Below, one piece after another: positions 24,016 to 35,068 of a DNA stretch of 44,124 bases. Source of the DNA: Octopus bimaculoides (lineage: Eukaryota); NCBI RefSeq assembly GCF_001194135.2, contig NC_068989.1:61059443-61103566 (forward strand). The letters are read 5' to 3'. Made by a program: the position numbers and the translations under genes. How positions within the stretch are numbered: position 1 is the first letter of the stretch; each line of letters begins with the position of its first letter. The notes under the pieces are model-generated. The model did not search any database and had not been told where the DNA came from. It saw only the letters and a list, made by a program, of their open reading frames with translations.

Positions 24016-25206
24016 CTGAAAGTGAGGAGAAAAGAATAAGCATCAACTACCGGTAACAATTCCATTTCGCAAACCAAAACAAATTTACAATTTGCAGAAT
24101 AAGGTAATAAATTAGCCACTATATTAAATTGATCCCCAGTAGTGTGTGACAAGTTGACACTTGAGGACACTTTGTGTTCACAGTTAAAATTATTCCTGTT
24201 GATATATGATGTTCTGTAATTGAAGAAGGAAGTTTTGTTTAATATTGTTTAAGTGTTTGTTGCATTATTGCCCAACAGCGATGTGTAACTTAAATGCCTT
24301 CTTTTGTAATAATTGTAATGTTGGAGTGAACTAGATCCGCCTCGTCTCCAAGTTCTGGAAATGCTAGTCAGTACTCATTGAGATTGATGTCATGTCTTTA
24401 TCTGATGGGGCTAATATCGTAAAAGATATTTTAGATTTTTAATTCAAGCTATAACATTGGGAAGGAAATTTATTTGTTTCACTATTCAATAAAATCATTT
24501 AATATTACGTCAACTTTGATGACCTTTTTACAATCGTCTTGTCACTTATCAACAGAATTTGACATTTTGATAGAAAGGAGTATTAAAAGTTTTATTGCTT
24601 TTTATCAACACCAGCAGTGTCTATTATGTGGAACTGGATTTCCGATAAACGTAAAACAGTCTTCTTATATTTGGGACCAACGTGTGATTATGTATGCTGT
24701 TGCTAAAATTTAATGAAAGTGAAATGAGAATCAGGATGTTCAACTCGTATCAATGGCAATTTTCTTCGTAAGGTAAATAACTTAAAACTACAAGAATAAT
24801 TTCTCCAGTTAATCGTAAAACAAACAGTATTTTTCTAAAGAAGTTAGATGCAGTTTGCTGGGCAGCCAACATGATGTATATGCGTTTTAAAAACCTGGTT
24901 AAAGTATAATGCTAAATGATTATACAGGTCCTGTTTCTACTTTTGATGTAGTTATTTGGCATAAGATCAAACTTAATTGACCAAACCTATGATCAAACGT
25001 GCTTTAGTTTCGTTAACACCTTGGGTATCTTGTATATTACGAGCTCTGTTGTCAACTGAATACTTATTTGTTTCTGAGCGTTATACTGAGATTTGGTAAT
25101 CATGCGATTTTCAAAAAGGATATTATCAACAAAACATATATAACCTGAGTAGAACATATATTACTATTTATTAATGAAATATAATCATCTATATCAATGG
25201 CTACAC

Positions 25207-25301
25207 CTGTATCGACTGACAAGGAATGATAGAAACGGAACCTATTATGTCTTCTTGGAGTATGGAAGAATCACTTTCAGATACACCGTCTCCTGACAAT
25301 A
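25207..25301 (-). CDS. Internal coding exon (LSGDGVSESDSSILQEDIIGSVSIIPCQSIQ)
   Basis: Acceptor gtgatttttattcccag, donor CAG|GTGTAG, only one open frame (phase 1 to 0). Confidence 0.5.
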
Positions 25302-25384
25302 CTGGGAATAAAAATCACTATATTATACATATGTATACACACACACACACACACACACATACACACACACACACACATACACAA

Positions 25385-25420
<36 letters not shown>

Positions 25421-25599
25421 GTATGCATAATGGTACAGAGAGACTGAGACTCACACACGCACCCATACATATGTTCATGCATACTCACATACAAACATTC
25501 CACTCTGTCTAGGTACACATGCCAACACACACACACATCCATTTACACACACTTCACACACACACGCGCGCACACACGGATATCAACCATTCATCACAC

Positions 25600-25955
25600 T
25601 CTCCTCTCCCAGGAAGCACTTTCTCTTTCTCCATGTACTTCCTGCCATTTCAAAAATGTAACTCCACGTAGACTGTTGGCGATTGTTTCCCTACTTCTCC
25701 CTTTTCTTTTGGACTTTCTGATTAGGAGCTATGCTCGAAAGGTAAAACAACCACTCCTTCCTTCTGTGTATTATTTATATTTTGCATGTATTACGTCCTC
25801 ACGTTGTTGTTTTTTCTTGTTTTTATTCGTTTTTAACCAACTGTTTACTGCATTGCTTACACGGAGCGCCGTCCTTCGGACTGGCTTTTCTTTACCTAAT
25901 TCATGGATTTCTTTCTACCACCGGATTACATCACCTTGTTCTTTCGGAGTACACC

Positions 25956-25960
<5 letters not shown>
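25600..25960 (+). mobile_element. Probable Penelope-type terminal repeat with a degenerate second-family hammerhead (25714-25748)
   Basis: CTTT-CTGATTA-G-GAGC TAT GCTC-GAAA-G-GTA-AAAC, i.e. two substitutions from CTGATGA...GAAAC GTA; flanked by pyrimidine-rich non-coding sequence and microsatellites. Confidence 0.55.
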
Positions 25961-25991
<31 letters not shown>

Positions 25992-26866
25992 TGAAAATGT
26001 ACTAGGATTCGTTTAGACATATTTTATATAAACATTTTTAAAGCCTACACCGGTTTCAGAAATTTCTTTTATTTTCAAAAGCTATAGTGCAAATTATTGT
26101 TTGTATAGGGGATATATAGTTCAATTTCATTGGCTGAGGATGATCACATGATTAAGTTTAAAACGCTTTGCAAGGTTGACGCGGTTTAGAAATTTTGCAA
26201 TCTTGATTTCTAGTGACAGTCCCAAAGAGTCTCTTGTCAATTGGTAGATAATTCCAGCATTGGATAATTCCCTCTTACATGATATTTCAATGAGAATCGA
26301 TTGCAGCAATAATAGAATATCTATGGATATTTCGATGTATATATCACTGATATCTAACAGAATGGCGCATATCGTAAACAAAATGAATAAAATTTTGTAA
26401 CATTTTTCATTTAAATTGCCATAACATATAAGGGAAACACAGACATTGATATTATAGATGTAAAATTTTTAGTAAATCATTTTGAATATTAATAACAAAA
26501 AATAAGCATCGAAAATGTTAACTCCGATTTGCTGGAGAGAATTTTTACGCTTTAAGTTTCTTGAAATCACAAGCTCTCTTAATAAAGTCTCCGGGCAACC
26601 ATTACAATCGAATAAGAAGAGATTTATGCATCATCTTTCGTTTTATTCATTTATATTGAACAGCTTGTTTGTTTCTGGAAAGGAAACTCTTTATACCATT
26701 GAATAAATTAAGTGTCTACACACTCAGACACACAGGCACGCTAATACGCACATGCACATTTACACATACACACACACTCACATGCATACACCTGTATAAT
26801 TTTGAGTATACAAAATTGGACATGAAACTCAATCAGTAAATACGTTAAATATGTTTGTTTATACAC

Positions 26867-27110
26867 TTCTATATTTAAGAGATGAGGAATTATGTACATT
26901 ATTTACATTGTTTACATTTGACAGATATTTGTCCTCATCTTGTTTGTTGTTGACACAACGTTTCGGCTGATAAACCTTCCAGCCTTCCTCGGTTGTCTTG
27001 GGGAAATTTCGAACCTGGGTTCTCATTCCTAAGGTATTTTTCGATGTTGTTATTATTTTGGAATTGAATTCAGAATCTTGGAGTTAGTAGCCCACGCTCT
27101 TAACCACTAT
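26867..27110 (-). mobile_element. tRNA-head + hammerhead-tail SINE, left arm of an inverted pair
   Basis: Minus strand ATAGTGGTTAAGAGCGTGGGCTACTAACTCCAAGATTCTGAATTCAATTCC-AAAATAATAAC-ATCGAAAAATACCTTAGG...; hammerhead 26952-26997 has CCGAGGA in place of CTGANGA. Confidence 0.85.
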
Positions 27111-27175
27111 GGGCATATGGCGTAGTGGTTAAGAGCGTTGGCTACCATGTTTCTGAGGTCAATTGCAAGCAGTGA

Positions 27176-27266
<91 letters not shown>

Positions 27267-27412
27267 AATAATATCGAAAAATACCTTAGGAATGAGAACT
27301 TAGGTTCGAAAATTCCCCAAGATACCTGATGAAGGCTGGAGAGTGTATCAGCCGAAACGCTGTGTTAACAAGAAACAAGATGAGGACAAAAATCCGTCAA
27401 CTGTAAATAATG
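27111..27412 (+). mobile_element. tRNA-head + hammerhead-tail SINE, right arm of an inverted pair
   Basis: GGGCATATGGCGTAGTGGTTAAGAGCG (A-box TGGCGTAGTGG)...GAGGTCAATTGC..CAGTGACCTG-(AAT)n(AAC)n-ATCGAAAAATACCTTAGG...; hammerhead 27321-27366 has CTGATGA...GAAAC but triplet GCT. Confidence 0.85.
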
Positions 27413-27450
27413 TTTGTTTATATATTTGCTATTAAATAAATATGTAACGA

Positions 27451-27528
27451 ACGGGGATACACTATTGTCCTATATGTGAAAAATCATTTGCCCAGTTTTC
27501 AAATTTGTTAGGCTACAGTACACACACT
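27451..27528 (+). pseudogene. Single degenerate C2H2 zinc-finger fragment
   Basis: TGIHYCPICEKSFAQFSNLLGYSTHT; Cx2CxKSF...SNL is intact, the first His appears as Tyr (TAC) and one codon is missing; runs into (CA)n. Confidence 0.4.
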
Positions 27529-27555
27529 CAGACACACAACCACACACACACACAC

Positions 27556-27601
<46 letters not shown>

Positions 27602-29307
27602 TATATGATATTTGTTTGTGTGTACACCTCAATAAACGAAGCATGAAGTGGTTGTATGGAAGATTATGAGTATCACAATAACAAGAATTTAATCGAAATG
27701 GACATAAACATCTCTCTCACTCCATTTTTCTTTCTTTCTCTCCCCATCTTTGTATACACACATACATACATACATACATACCGGTGTGTATGTGTATGTG
27801 TATACATATTCTTCATTTTATTGTAATAATGTAATTTTCCTTGATTCCAGTAATTGTTTGTATTGTGTAATTGTGGACCTTGATGAGCTTCCATTGTTTT
27901 TAACTACTGAAATCTTTTCATACATTATACGAATTACGAACGAAGACAATTATCAAGCGGCATTTGTATTTTAATGCAGGTTACATAAAGGAAATAATTA
28001 TTATGGGCAATCATCATTTCATACAATCATATGAAAATTTAAGAGTCAAATTAAGTTCCTATCATTAAGTTAGCTTCTATGCTGTGGCCACTGAAATCTA
28101 ATTAGAAATAATTAGGTGGTGAAGGGACATATTAAACCATAACTTTTATCGACTACCTCGGTAAATAAGCTGAAATTTAAACTTTACTGCATATGTTTAA
28201 TATAAAGCAGGCATATCCGCTGTTGTCACCTCTGCCTGCTCCTGAAACATTTGAATTAATATTAATTTATAATGTCTTTTGTTTAACGACTAATTATTGC
28301 TCTCTCTCTCTCTCTCTCTCTCTGCATTAAGTAAGTTGATAATAAAGCTTTTTTTTTCTGTAATATAGCATTTTTGTCTATAATATTTTCAAACGAAGAA
28401 ATTAAACTAAGAAAATAATTCCGTGATTTATTCTAATTTTCCACATCCTATCATCCGTCATAATGAGCATAGGTTCTTATCGCTGAAATTATGGTAAAGA
28501 TTATACTCAGTTGAGGAGACGTAATGGTACCAAGTCTTTTCCAGATTTGTCGGCAGTATTTTGTGTGCGTTTTGTTTTGATCAGTATTTTTCTCTCGAAT
28601 GATGAAACATTTTGGTCGTGAGATAATTCTCTAAATGAAAATCGTTGCACTCTTTCACAATCATAAAGAAATTATGAAACAGAAAATAATAATTGTTAAA
28701 GTTTGAGTATTATTTTAGTAATTTCAGATTAGAAATACAAAATAATGACTCGCCAATAATAGGTTTTCCCAATTCTTGAGTTCTTTCGCTCTTCTAAGGG
28801 AAGGTTGGTTGAACTATTTTAGAAGCATTAAACAACCTACGTACGGCGATAATGTTTTCTTTGCGTCTTATTTTATTGCCATCGGTTTACATATTTTGCC
28901 TAAATTCTCACCTTCATTGAAAGGTCTATATTACAATATTTATATTGTTAATGTTCATACTTTATTACTTCTAAACGTGCTTTTCAAATGGCGGGAAAAT
29001 AGACAAATTTGAAACTTTTGTATAATACTATGTAGTTATAAACATATTATATCTAATCTTGATATTGTAGCGAGTGAGTTCTTTAACCGGTCACTTATAT
29101 TACACATTAAATTATGCAAATTTGTAGCTCGGTTCTCTCATGCATCAATATTCTATTTGTGTAAATTGAATTACTTGCTTGCTTCATCGCGATTGGTCAA
29201 GATATATAGACAACTCTGATGTCACCCCATTTCGGCTTCACAGCTATCTACTGAGAGTAAGGCAAAACCGATATGTTTTATACCTACTGCGTGGGTTTAC
29301 TTATATT

Positions 29308-29471
29308 GATTCCAAATTTTGACACAAGGACAGCAATATCGGTGGTGGGGGAAGTTGATTACATCGACCCCGTTGCCGAAATGGCAGTTATTTGATCGAA
29401 CTCGAATGATGAAAAGCAAAGTCGATCTCGGTGGCATTTGAACTCAGAACCTGAAGACAGAGGAAATACTG
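29308..29471 (-). mobile_element. SINE family A, 5'-truncated, left arm of a divergent pair
   Basis: GATTCCAAATTTTGACACAAGG...AAAAGCAAAGTCGATCTCGGTGGCATTTGAACTCAGAAC. Confidence 0.85.
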
Positions 29472-29527
29472 TTTGCTCGTTATTTTGGGGGTTTACATAT
29501 GTTAAAAGTCAATACTAATTTCATGAG

Positions 29528-29696
29528 TAAGAGCGTGTACTGGCAGAATCGTTAGCACAGTATTAGCGGAATTTCGTCCGTCTTTATCTTCTGAGTTCAA
29601 ATTCATGCTTTCGAGATCGATAAAATAAGTACTGAGGTTGTTGTAATCGACGGACTTCCACCCCCAAATTGCTGGCCTTATGCTAAAATTTAAATC
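29528..29696 (+). mobile_element. SINE family A, internally deleted, right arm of a divergent pair
   Basis: CTGGCAGAATCGTTAGCAC...TTCTGAGTTCAAATTC...GATCGATAAAATAAGTAC...CCCCCAAATTGCTGGCCTTATGCTAAAATTT. Confidence 0.85.
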
Positions 29697-30246
29697 AATA
29701 TTAATTTTATGAGTTCATTGCTAAACACTATAAGCGTAAGCTGTTAGTTGATGGAACTCGTATACTCTTTGCAATAAACTAAAAAAAGCAACAAGTTAGT
29801 TTTCTCGGGAAATTACATTTGCAAAATACACCACACGATTGATAGAAAACACGCTTAACAATTCGGTTTGATTAGACATAAAATATATGATAGGAAGAAA
29901 AGACAACAGAATTGTTTTGAACCAACGGAGAACAATTTTTTAAGAGAAAATTAATAAGCACACAGTTGTCTGTCGAGCGTTCGAAAACAACGCTGCAGAA
30001 CTCATTATATTAATTATATATTCACTTCGTCGGGAAAAATGAAGAACTGACTGTATACCCATTTTTAACTTATCCATTTTAATTAGTTTAGCCGTGTAAA
30101 TCTGAAAGTGTATGATGCTAGTAGTAAATTACATGTTAATTTACTATATATAAAAGTCGCTATTTTGATAAAGTCTGCTACCAATCATTCGATTCACATT
30201 GTTGTTGTAAGAGATGTCCTCTTTAAATGTTACATTTGTAACTTAC

Positions 30247-30288
30247 GTTTCTATGAGGACATCTAAGATATCCTTTTGAGAAAGAATG
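30247..30288 (-). CDS. Internal coding exon (HILSQKDILDVLIET)
   Basis: Acceptor ttctttcccatctggcctag, donor AAC|GTAAGT, phase 2 to 2; 128-nt intron to the exon above. Confidence 0.5.
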
Positions 30289-30416
30289 CTAGGCCAGATG
30301 GGAAAGAATTTGTTATAAGCTATTATAGTTATACATACCTCCAGATATGTTATTACGATAGAATTCCACGGTTTACTTGTATCAAATTTTAACAATATGA
30401 ATTAATTGCAACTCAC

Positions 30417-30499
30417 TGGGATGATAGAATATTCATCAAGGAATATACGATGCTACTTTGGCAACATGAGGAACGTAAATCAACAAACAACCTGTATAG
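30417..30499 (-). CDS. Internal coding exon, tentatively MEI1-like (LYRLFVDLRSSCCQSSIVYSLMNILSS)
   Basis: Donor CA|GTGAGT; acceptor TAG at 30500-30501 (phase 0) or CAG at 30492-30493 (phase 2); RLFVDLRSSCC resembles recalled MEI1 RLTLELKARFC. Confidence 0.55.
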
Positions 30500-31566
30500 C
30501 TACTGTAATATTTTGTAAAACTAGAGTCTTATTTATTAATGAAACGTTTTTTTAAAGAAAAATTTAATAAGGATTTCTTTCATTTATTTATTTGACTTGC
30601 CTGATTTTCTCAGTTCAAATCAGACAACAAATAACTTTGTGTGGTACTTTCATATTACCTTTCACTCAGATCTCTGCCTATTTACACGTTTTGATGGCAG
30701 GTATTATACGGGAAAAATTCCCACCAACACCACAACCACCATGAGGTGGAATTAGAAATTTGAATGCAAAATTACGGGATTACGCGGTAAGGATGCTTAG
30801 AATTTATATGTTTACGTTTTCGTTTACTTATTACGAAATACTTACAATTTCGTTTTGGTGGTAATTTTGTATGCGATAATTTCATTCTTCTGGAATTCGA
30901 CAGCATGATGTAACCGGTGTCTTATAAATTAAATATTTTAAGAACTGAGACATTTCATCAGATATTAAATTAATCAAATATAAAAGAAATAATGGAACGT
31001 GTATTTTCTCCTTTATTTTTCATTGAACGTTAGTAGTTTAGGAATCGAGAGAAAAGGGAGCACATTCTTAATGTTGACATACAGAATAATAATTGTTTGC
31101 AGGAAAATTTACTTTATGATAATGTCACATAGTGGCCACTAAATTTAGTTTTTGCAGCCAACAATTCCACAAGTGTTCCAATATATTCCTTAAGGTGTAG
31201 ACCATCGTTTCAAGCTGCTGCATTTTTATTTATAATCCTTTGGTGTCGAAGAAATATCTATTCAGAATTAAGTACGTCTAGGTTATCATAAATAGTTTGA
31301 AGTAGATTCTCATGTAATCACAGCTGGAACTTCTCAAATAGACATAATTTCTTTTAGTGATGACAGCTGTTTCGAAAGAGATAATAATTCCTTCACCACA
31401 CGTGGTGAAATTAGAAAATTGAATTGTAGGAATGTAGGAGGGAAAGGAAGCATATAATTCATATTAATCTTGTTTGCTTATTACACATTTCTTACAAATT
31501 CTAGTCGGGGTGATCATGTACCTCTTACTTCATTCTTTTTAGAAATCGCTAGCGTGTCGAGTATAC

Positions 31567-31655
31567 CAATATGTTTAGATTTAATATATTACAAAGCTCC
31601 TTTTCATGATCGACTACAATGTAAACATCGTTACTTGGAAGTAAAACACACACAC
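31567..31655 (-). CDS. Internal coding exon, tentatively MEI1-like (GVCVLLPSNDVYIVVDHEKELCNILNLNIL)
   Basis: Strong acceptor atttttctcaaaacatttccag, donor TTG|GTATAC; NDVYIVVDHEKE resembles recalled MEI1 HNLFVIVPHMKE, and splicing to 30499 gives the same 12-residue spacing to the RL..(D/E)L motif. Confidence 0.5.
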
Positions 31656-32659
31656 CTGGAAATGTTTTGAGAAAAATCAAAAAAACAAAAAACAAAAACA
31701 ATCAAACAAACTAGAATTCATAACTGTGTTGGAAACATCCACTGATAAAGTTATATCGACATTGACTATATTCTAGCTTCAATGTTTGAATAGTCAAATA
31801 AATATTATTTAATTCATTTCATGAAAGTCCATTTCAGAATTAGACTGCAAGACGTATGTAGTAACAATAGAAGTTTAAAAAACATTCTCGTAGCGATCAG
31901 CACTTTACTGTTTCTCTTCATTTCTCTTCATTTACATGAGCCAAAAGAGACTAATCTACTCAGGTTAAAAAAAAAGCTGTACATTAATTTAGTCAATGCA
32001 GTGTACGTTCTCCATTCCTTCTATTAATCTAATAGCAATTGTAGATACTAGCATGCATAATACACAAGAATGCATTAAAAGTCACATATACATATATGTG
32101 TGTGCATGTGTATGTGTATATGTGCGTGAATGTGTGCGAGAGTTTGGAGTAAGACATGAGTCAAGTTTCATAGTAGGAAAGTAAGTTGAATAAGTAAATT
32201 TATTTATTGTGTCTTTAGTTCTGAGCATAAATTTATGAACAATAATTGGTCGTTCAAAATATGATTTTGCATTTGCGAGTATGACTGACTGTGAAATTAA
32301 ATTTTAGCTTTGCTTAGAAAACTTTGGGGGAAAATCAGTTACTGGTGATTCCAGGAATGGCCGAAAACCAGAAAGCCTACGAAGTAAGGCATTTGGTTAA
32401 CGATCATTAAAATAATCCGTTGTATCTTTAAGTTGAGGATGTAGATTTTGTAGGACAATATCCATTTCGACGTTGCTTGGGAAAATCCAGGTAAAAAGGT
32501 GATTCTGTATTTATGAAAACGAAAAAGTTATGAAGCCGAGAAGAGTGAACCGAATTATGTTTACTCTCAGCCTGAGCAATATTTTCTTATTGCAATATTA
32601 TTCCTAAATGTTGATATGATATTTAAATGTTTAAAAACTTTTTCATAATGATATGACTG

Positions 32660-34480
32660 GTCAACACACTTTTTAGTTACTTCGGTTTTGTGGTTGTCTT
32701 GAGTTAATTTTGAGAATGTCGATTTCAAATATGGCATCAATTTTCCCCTACACATCAGGTTTTCTTTCTATGGCATACTCCTATATTATGATGTGTTGTA
32801 TATATAATGTACTTGGTCAGGATAGTTTCCCAAGTCTTATAAGTTAAAACCATAAGTTACAAATGTCAATAGAGTATGAAATGTAAGATAACTTCACCTT
32901 TTACTAAATACATACTGTTAATTTTCTCATATGATGTATAAAGCGCAAACCATCATACATATACCTTCATATTCATGGAACAAATTTTCGCTTGCGAGAG
33001 CATGTGGAGTATTTCATATCTACCCGGTCTCTTTGAATTGTCCAACAGTAGTCTGGCGTCATGTGTGTGTTCCATTGGGCTTGATATGTATCCTCTATAA
33101 TCTTGATTGTTTGATGAAAACGCTTACCGTTTCCGAGGTTAGCAGGAAATTCGTCGAGATGACTAGATCATGTTGCAGTCTAAAATACGAAAGCTATCAA
33201 GTAATGTCTCCACCAAATCCTTTCACAATAGTCACAAATAAAACACATGTTCTTTTTTTCTTTGTCAGCCGTCAAGAAATTCTGGCATTCCATTAACTTT
33301 TTGATTTGGGGCACATAAAAAATACCAGCCGTTATTTATCATAACTTAGGCCAGGAAATGTTGTACATATGAATTTGACACAGTTACCTTCCACATTAAG
33401 TGCTTTGACAAATTACATCATTAGTCCAAGTTAGTCAAGGAGTGGAAAGGTGATTTTCTCTCGCTCAACAAGTGGTTGGTGTATGAAATTCTTCTCCTCA
33501 ATAGTCAAACTTTAAACTTTTCCTAACTAGCCAGAGTTTCTGTTTCCAATATTTTGTCTCTCGCTTGGTTCCCCCATAAACACAGGAAACATAATATTTT
33601 GAATACCTTCCTTGTTGGCCAAGTAAAAAATAGACCATTTTAGATCCACACATATGACCCATTTGAGTTCGTCATATTTAAGTAAATCTAATACAACTTT
33701 TACGTCATCATAATTCTTTTTTAAGTGCATAGACTGACCAATGGGAGGGGCACCAAGCAAGTTTCCATTAGAAAGTAATGCACATTTTAGACTCTTCTTT
33801 GAATTATCTATAAAGAATCTCCGTTCACTAGGATCATACTGTTCAACACCCATCATGTTTAAGAGTAAACAAAATCTTTTCCAGTTGTAAAGAAAGCCAA
33901 GAGATCTTTTTCCTTGTTCTGATAAAAAGTCACGTTATTTTCTTTCTGCAACAAAATCTTCTTTTTAAGTCTAGAAGGAAATAGTTCTGATAACTCGTTT
34001 GACAGTTCTAGGTCTCTTACTAAATCATTACGTCTATATCACTGTCATCTTCATGGTTTATATCTACTTCACATATATCACTTTCACCTTGCAGTGAAGG
34101 TAAATCCTTGAAAAGAGTTACTAGTATTTCATCTGAGTGAAGCACTGGATGAATTGCTGAATCCAGATTTAGGTAACTTCTTTACTGTCACGTCCTCTTA
34201 CAATAACAGGAAGTCTTTGTGAGAAAAAAAGTAACAACCGTTTACATGGTTCTTTGGCTTCCACCATATCATAGGAATGCCGAATGTTAGTTGCTTCCTT
34301 GTGCCCTTTGATCTATTGGCTTAGATTTTCGACATATAGTGTTTACATATATTGTGCGGGCCCACGATTCATCCTGATCACCAAATTTAATCTTTAAGCA
34401 AGCCAAGCAGGATATTTTCACAATGTCACTAACGTTCATTATTTCATTTAGTACTGTAAAACACCCACATATATAAAAAA
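32660..34480 (-). mobile_element. Chapaev3-like (RAG1/Transib-related) DNA transposon, degenerate transposase
   Basis: KFGDQDESWA.HNIC...LTFGIPMIWWKPKNHVNGCYF; YDPSERRFFIDNSKKSLKCALLSNGN...YDELKWVICVDLK; HQPLVEREKITFP..LGLM..FVKALNVEGNC...FPGLS. The family assignment is from memory of these motifs. A possible end motif ACTGGTCAACACACTTTTT lies near 32657. Confidence 0.75.
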
Positions 34481-34934
34481 AAGAGGTCAGGGGAATTCAA
34501 ACATTTGAAACATGGAGCTACGGGTGGGGCCAATATGGACCAGCCCATAGAAATAAACAAGACGTGATAGAAGAAACTGTTGCCATTTTAAAATTCCGTG
34601 ACCTCAAATTACCCCAAAACAGGTCTCAAACTTAGGTCGGCAGGAAAAAAAGATTAGAATTTGTTGGCCATTGTAGATTATCACTCGGATGCTTCATATG
34701 TAAGTACTCGTCTATCTCATATATATTTACATTGCATCCACTCCTTTTGGTATTCGTATTGCATAATTTACCAGGATTTTCTACTGACGCAATTTTATTA
34801 TCACTATACATACACCAACAAATATATCAGTAGTCTAACTTCACAGCAGGACTAAATGAATATATACATTTAAGGATGTATATATATATATATATATATA
34901 TACACCAGGGTATGCGCATACATGTGAAGCAAGG

Positions 34935-35068
34935 TGGAAATTATAGAACACGAATACGGGAAGTCGAGTAATATGCTTTAATAATAAAGATGCAAAGACA
35001 TCCAGTTCGTTGGACAGTTTCGGTTGAGATTTTCAACCAAAGCTGTTTCATGAACGGGAACGTGAGTT
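34935..35068 (-). repeat. Possible Penelope-type terminal remnant with a partial hammerhead
   Basis: Minus strand GGTTGA-AAATC-TCAACC-GAAAC-T-GTC (stem II, GAAAC, GUC) followed by an ATTAAA-containing tail; the CTGANGA box is not intact. Confidence 0.35.

Noticed and set aside
27061-27180. Functional tRNA gene
   Set aside because: Cloverleaf stems are broken, there is no Pol III terminator, and it is fused to a repeat tail, so it is a SINE head.
26127-28640. Candidate bridging minus-strand exons near 26360, 28246 and 28640
   Set aside because: Several mutually exclusive phase-compatible combinations exist; choosing among them would be over-fitting.
32431-32488. Isolated plus-strand exon-like segment (EDVDFVGQYPFRRCLGKSR)
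   Set aside because: Single candidate with no partners or recognisable homology.
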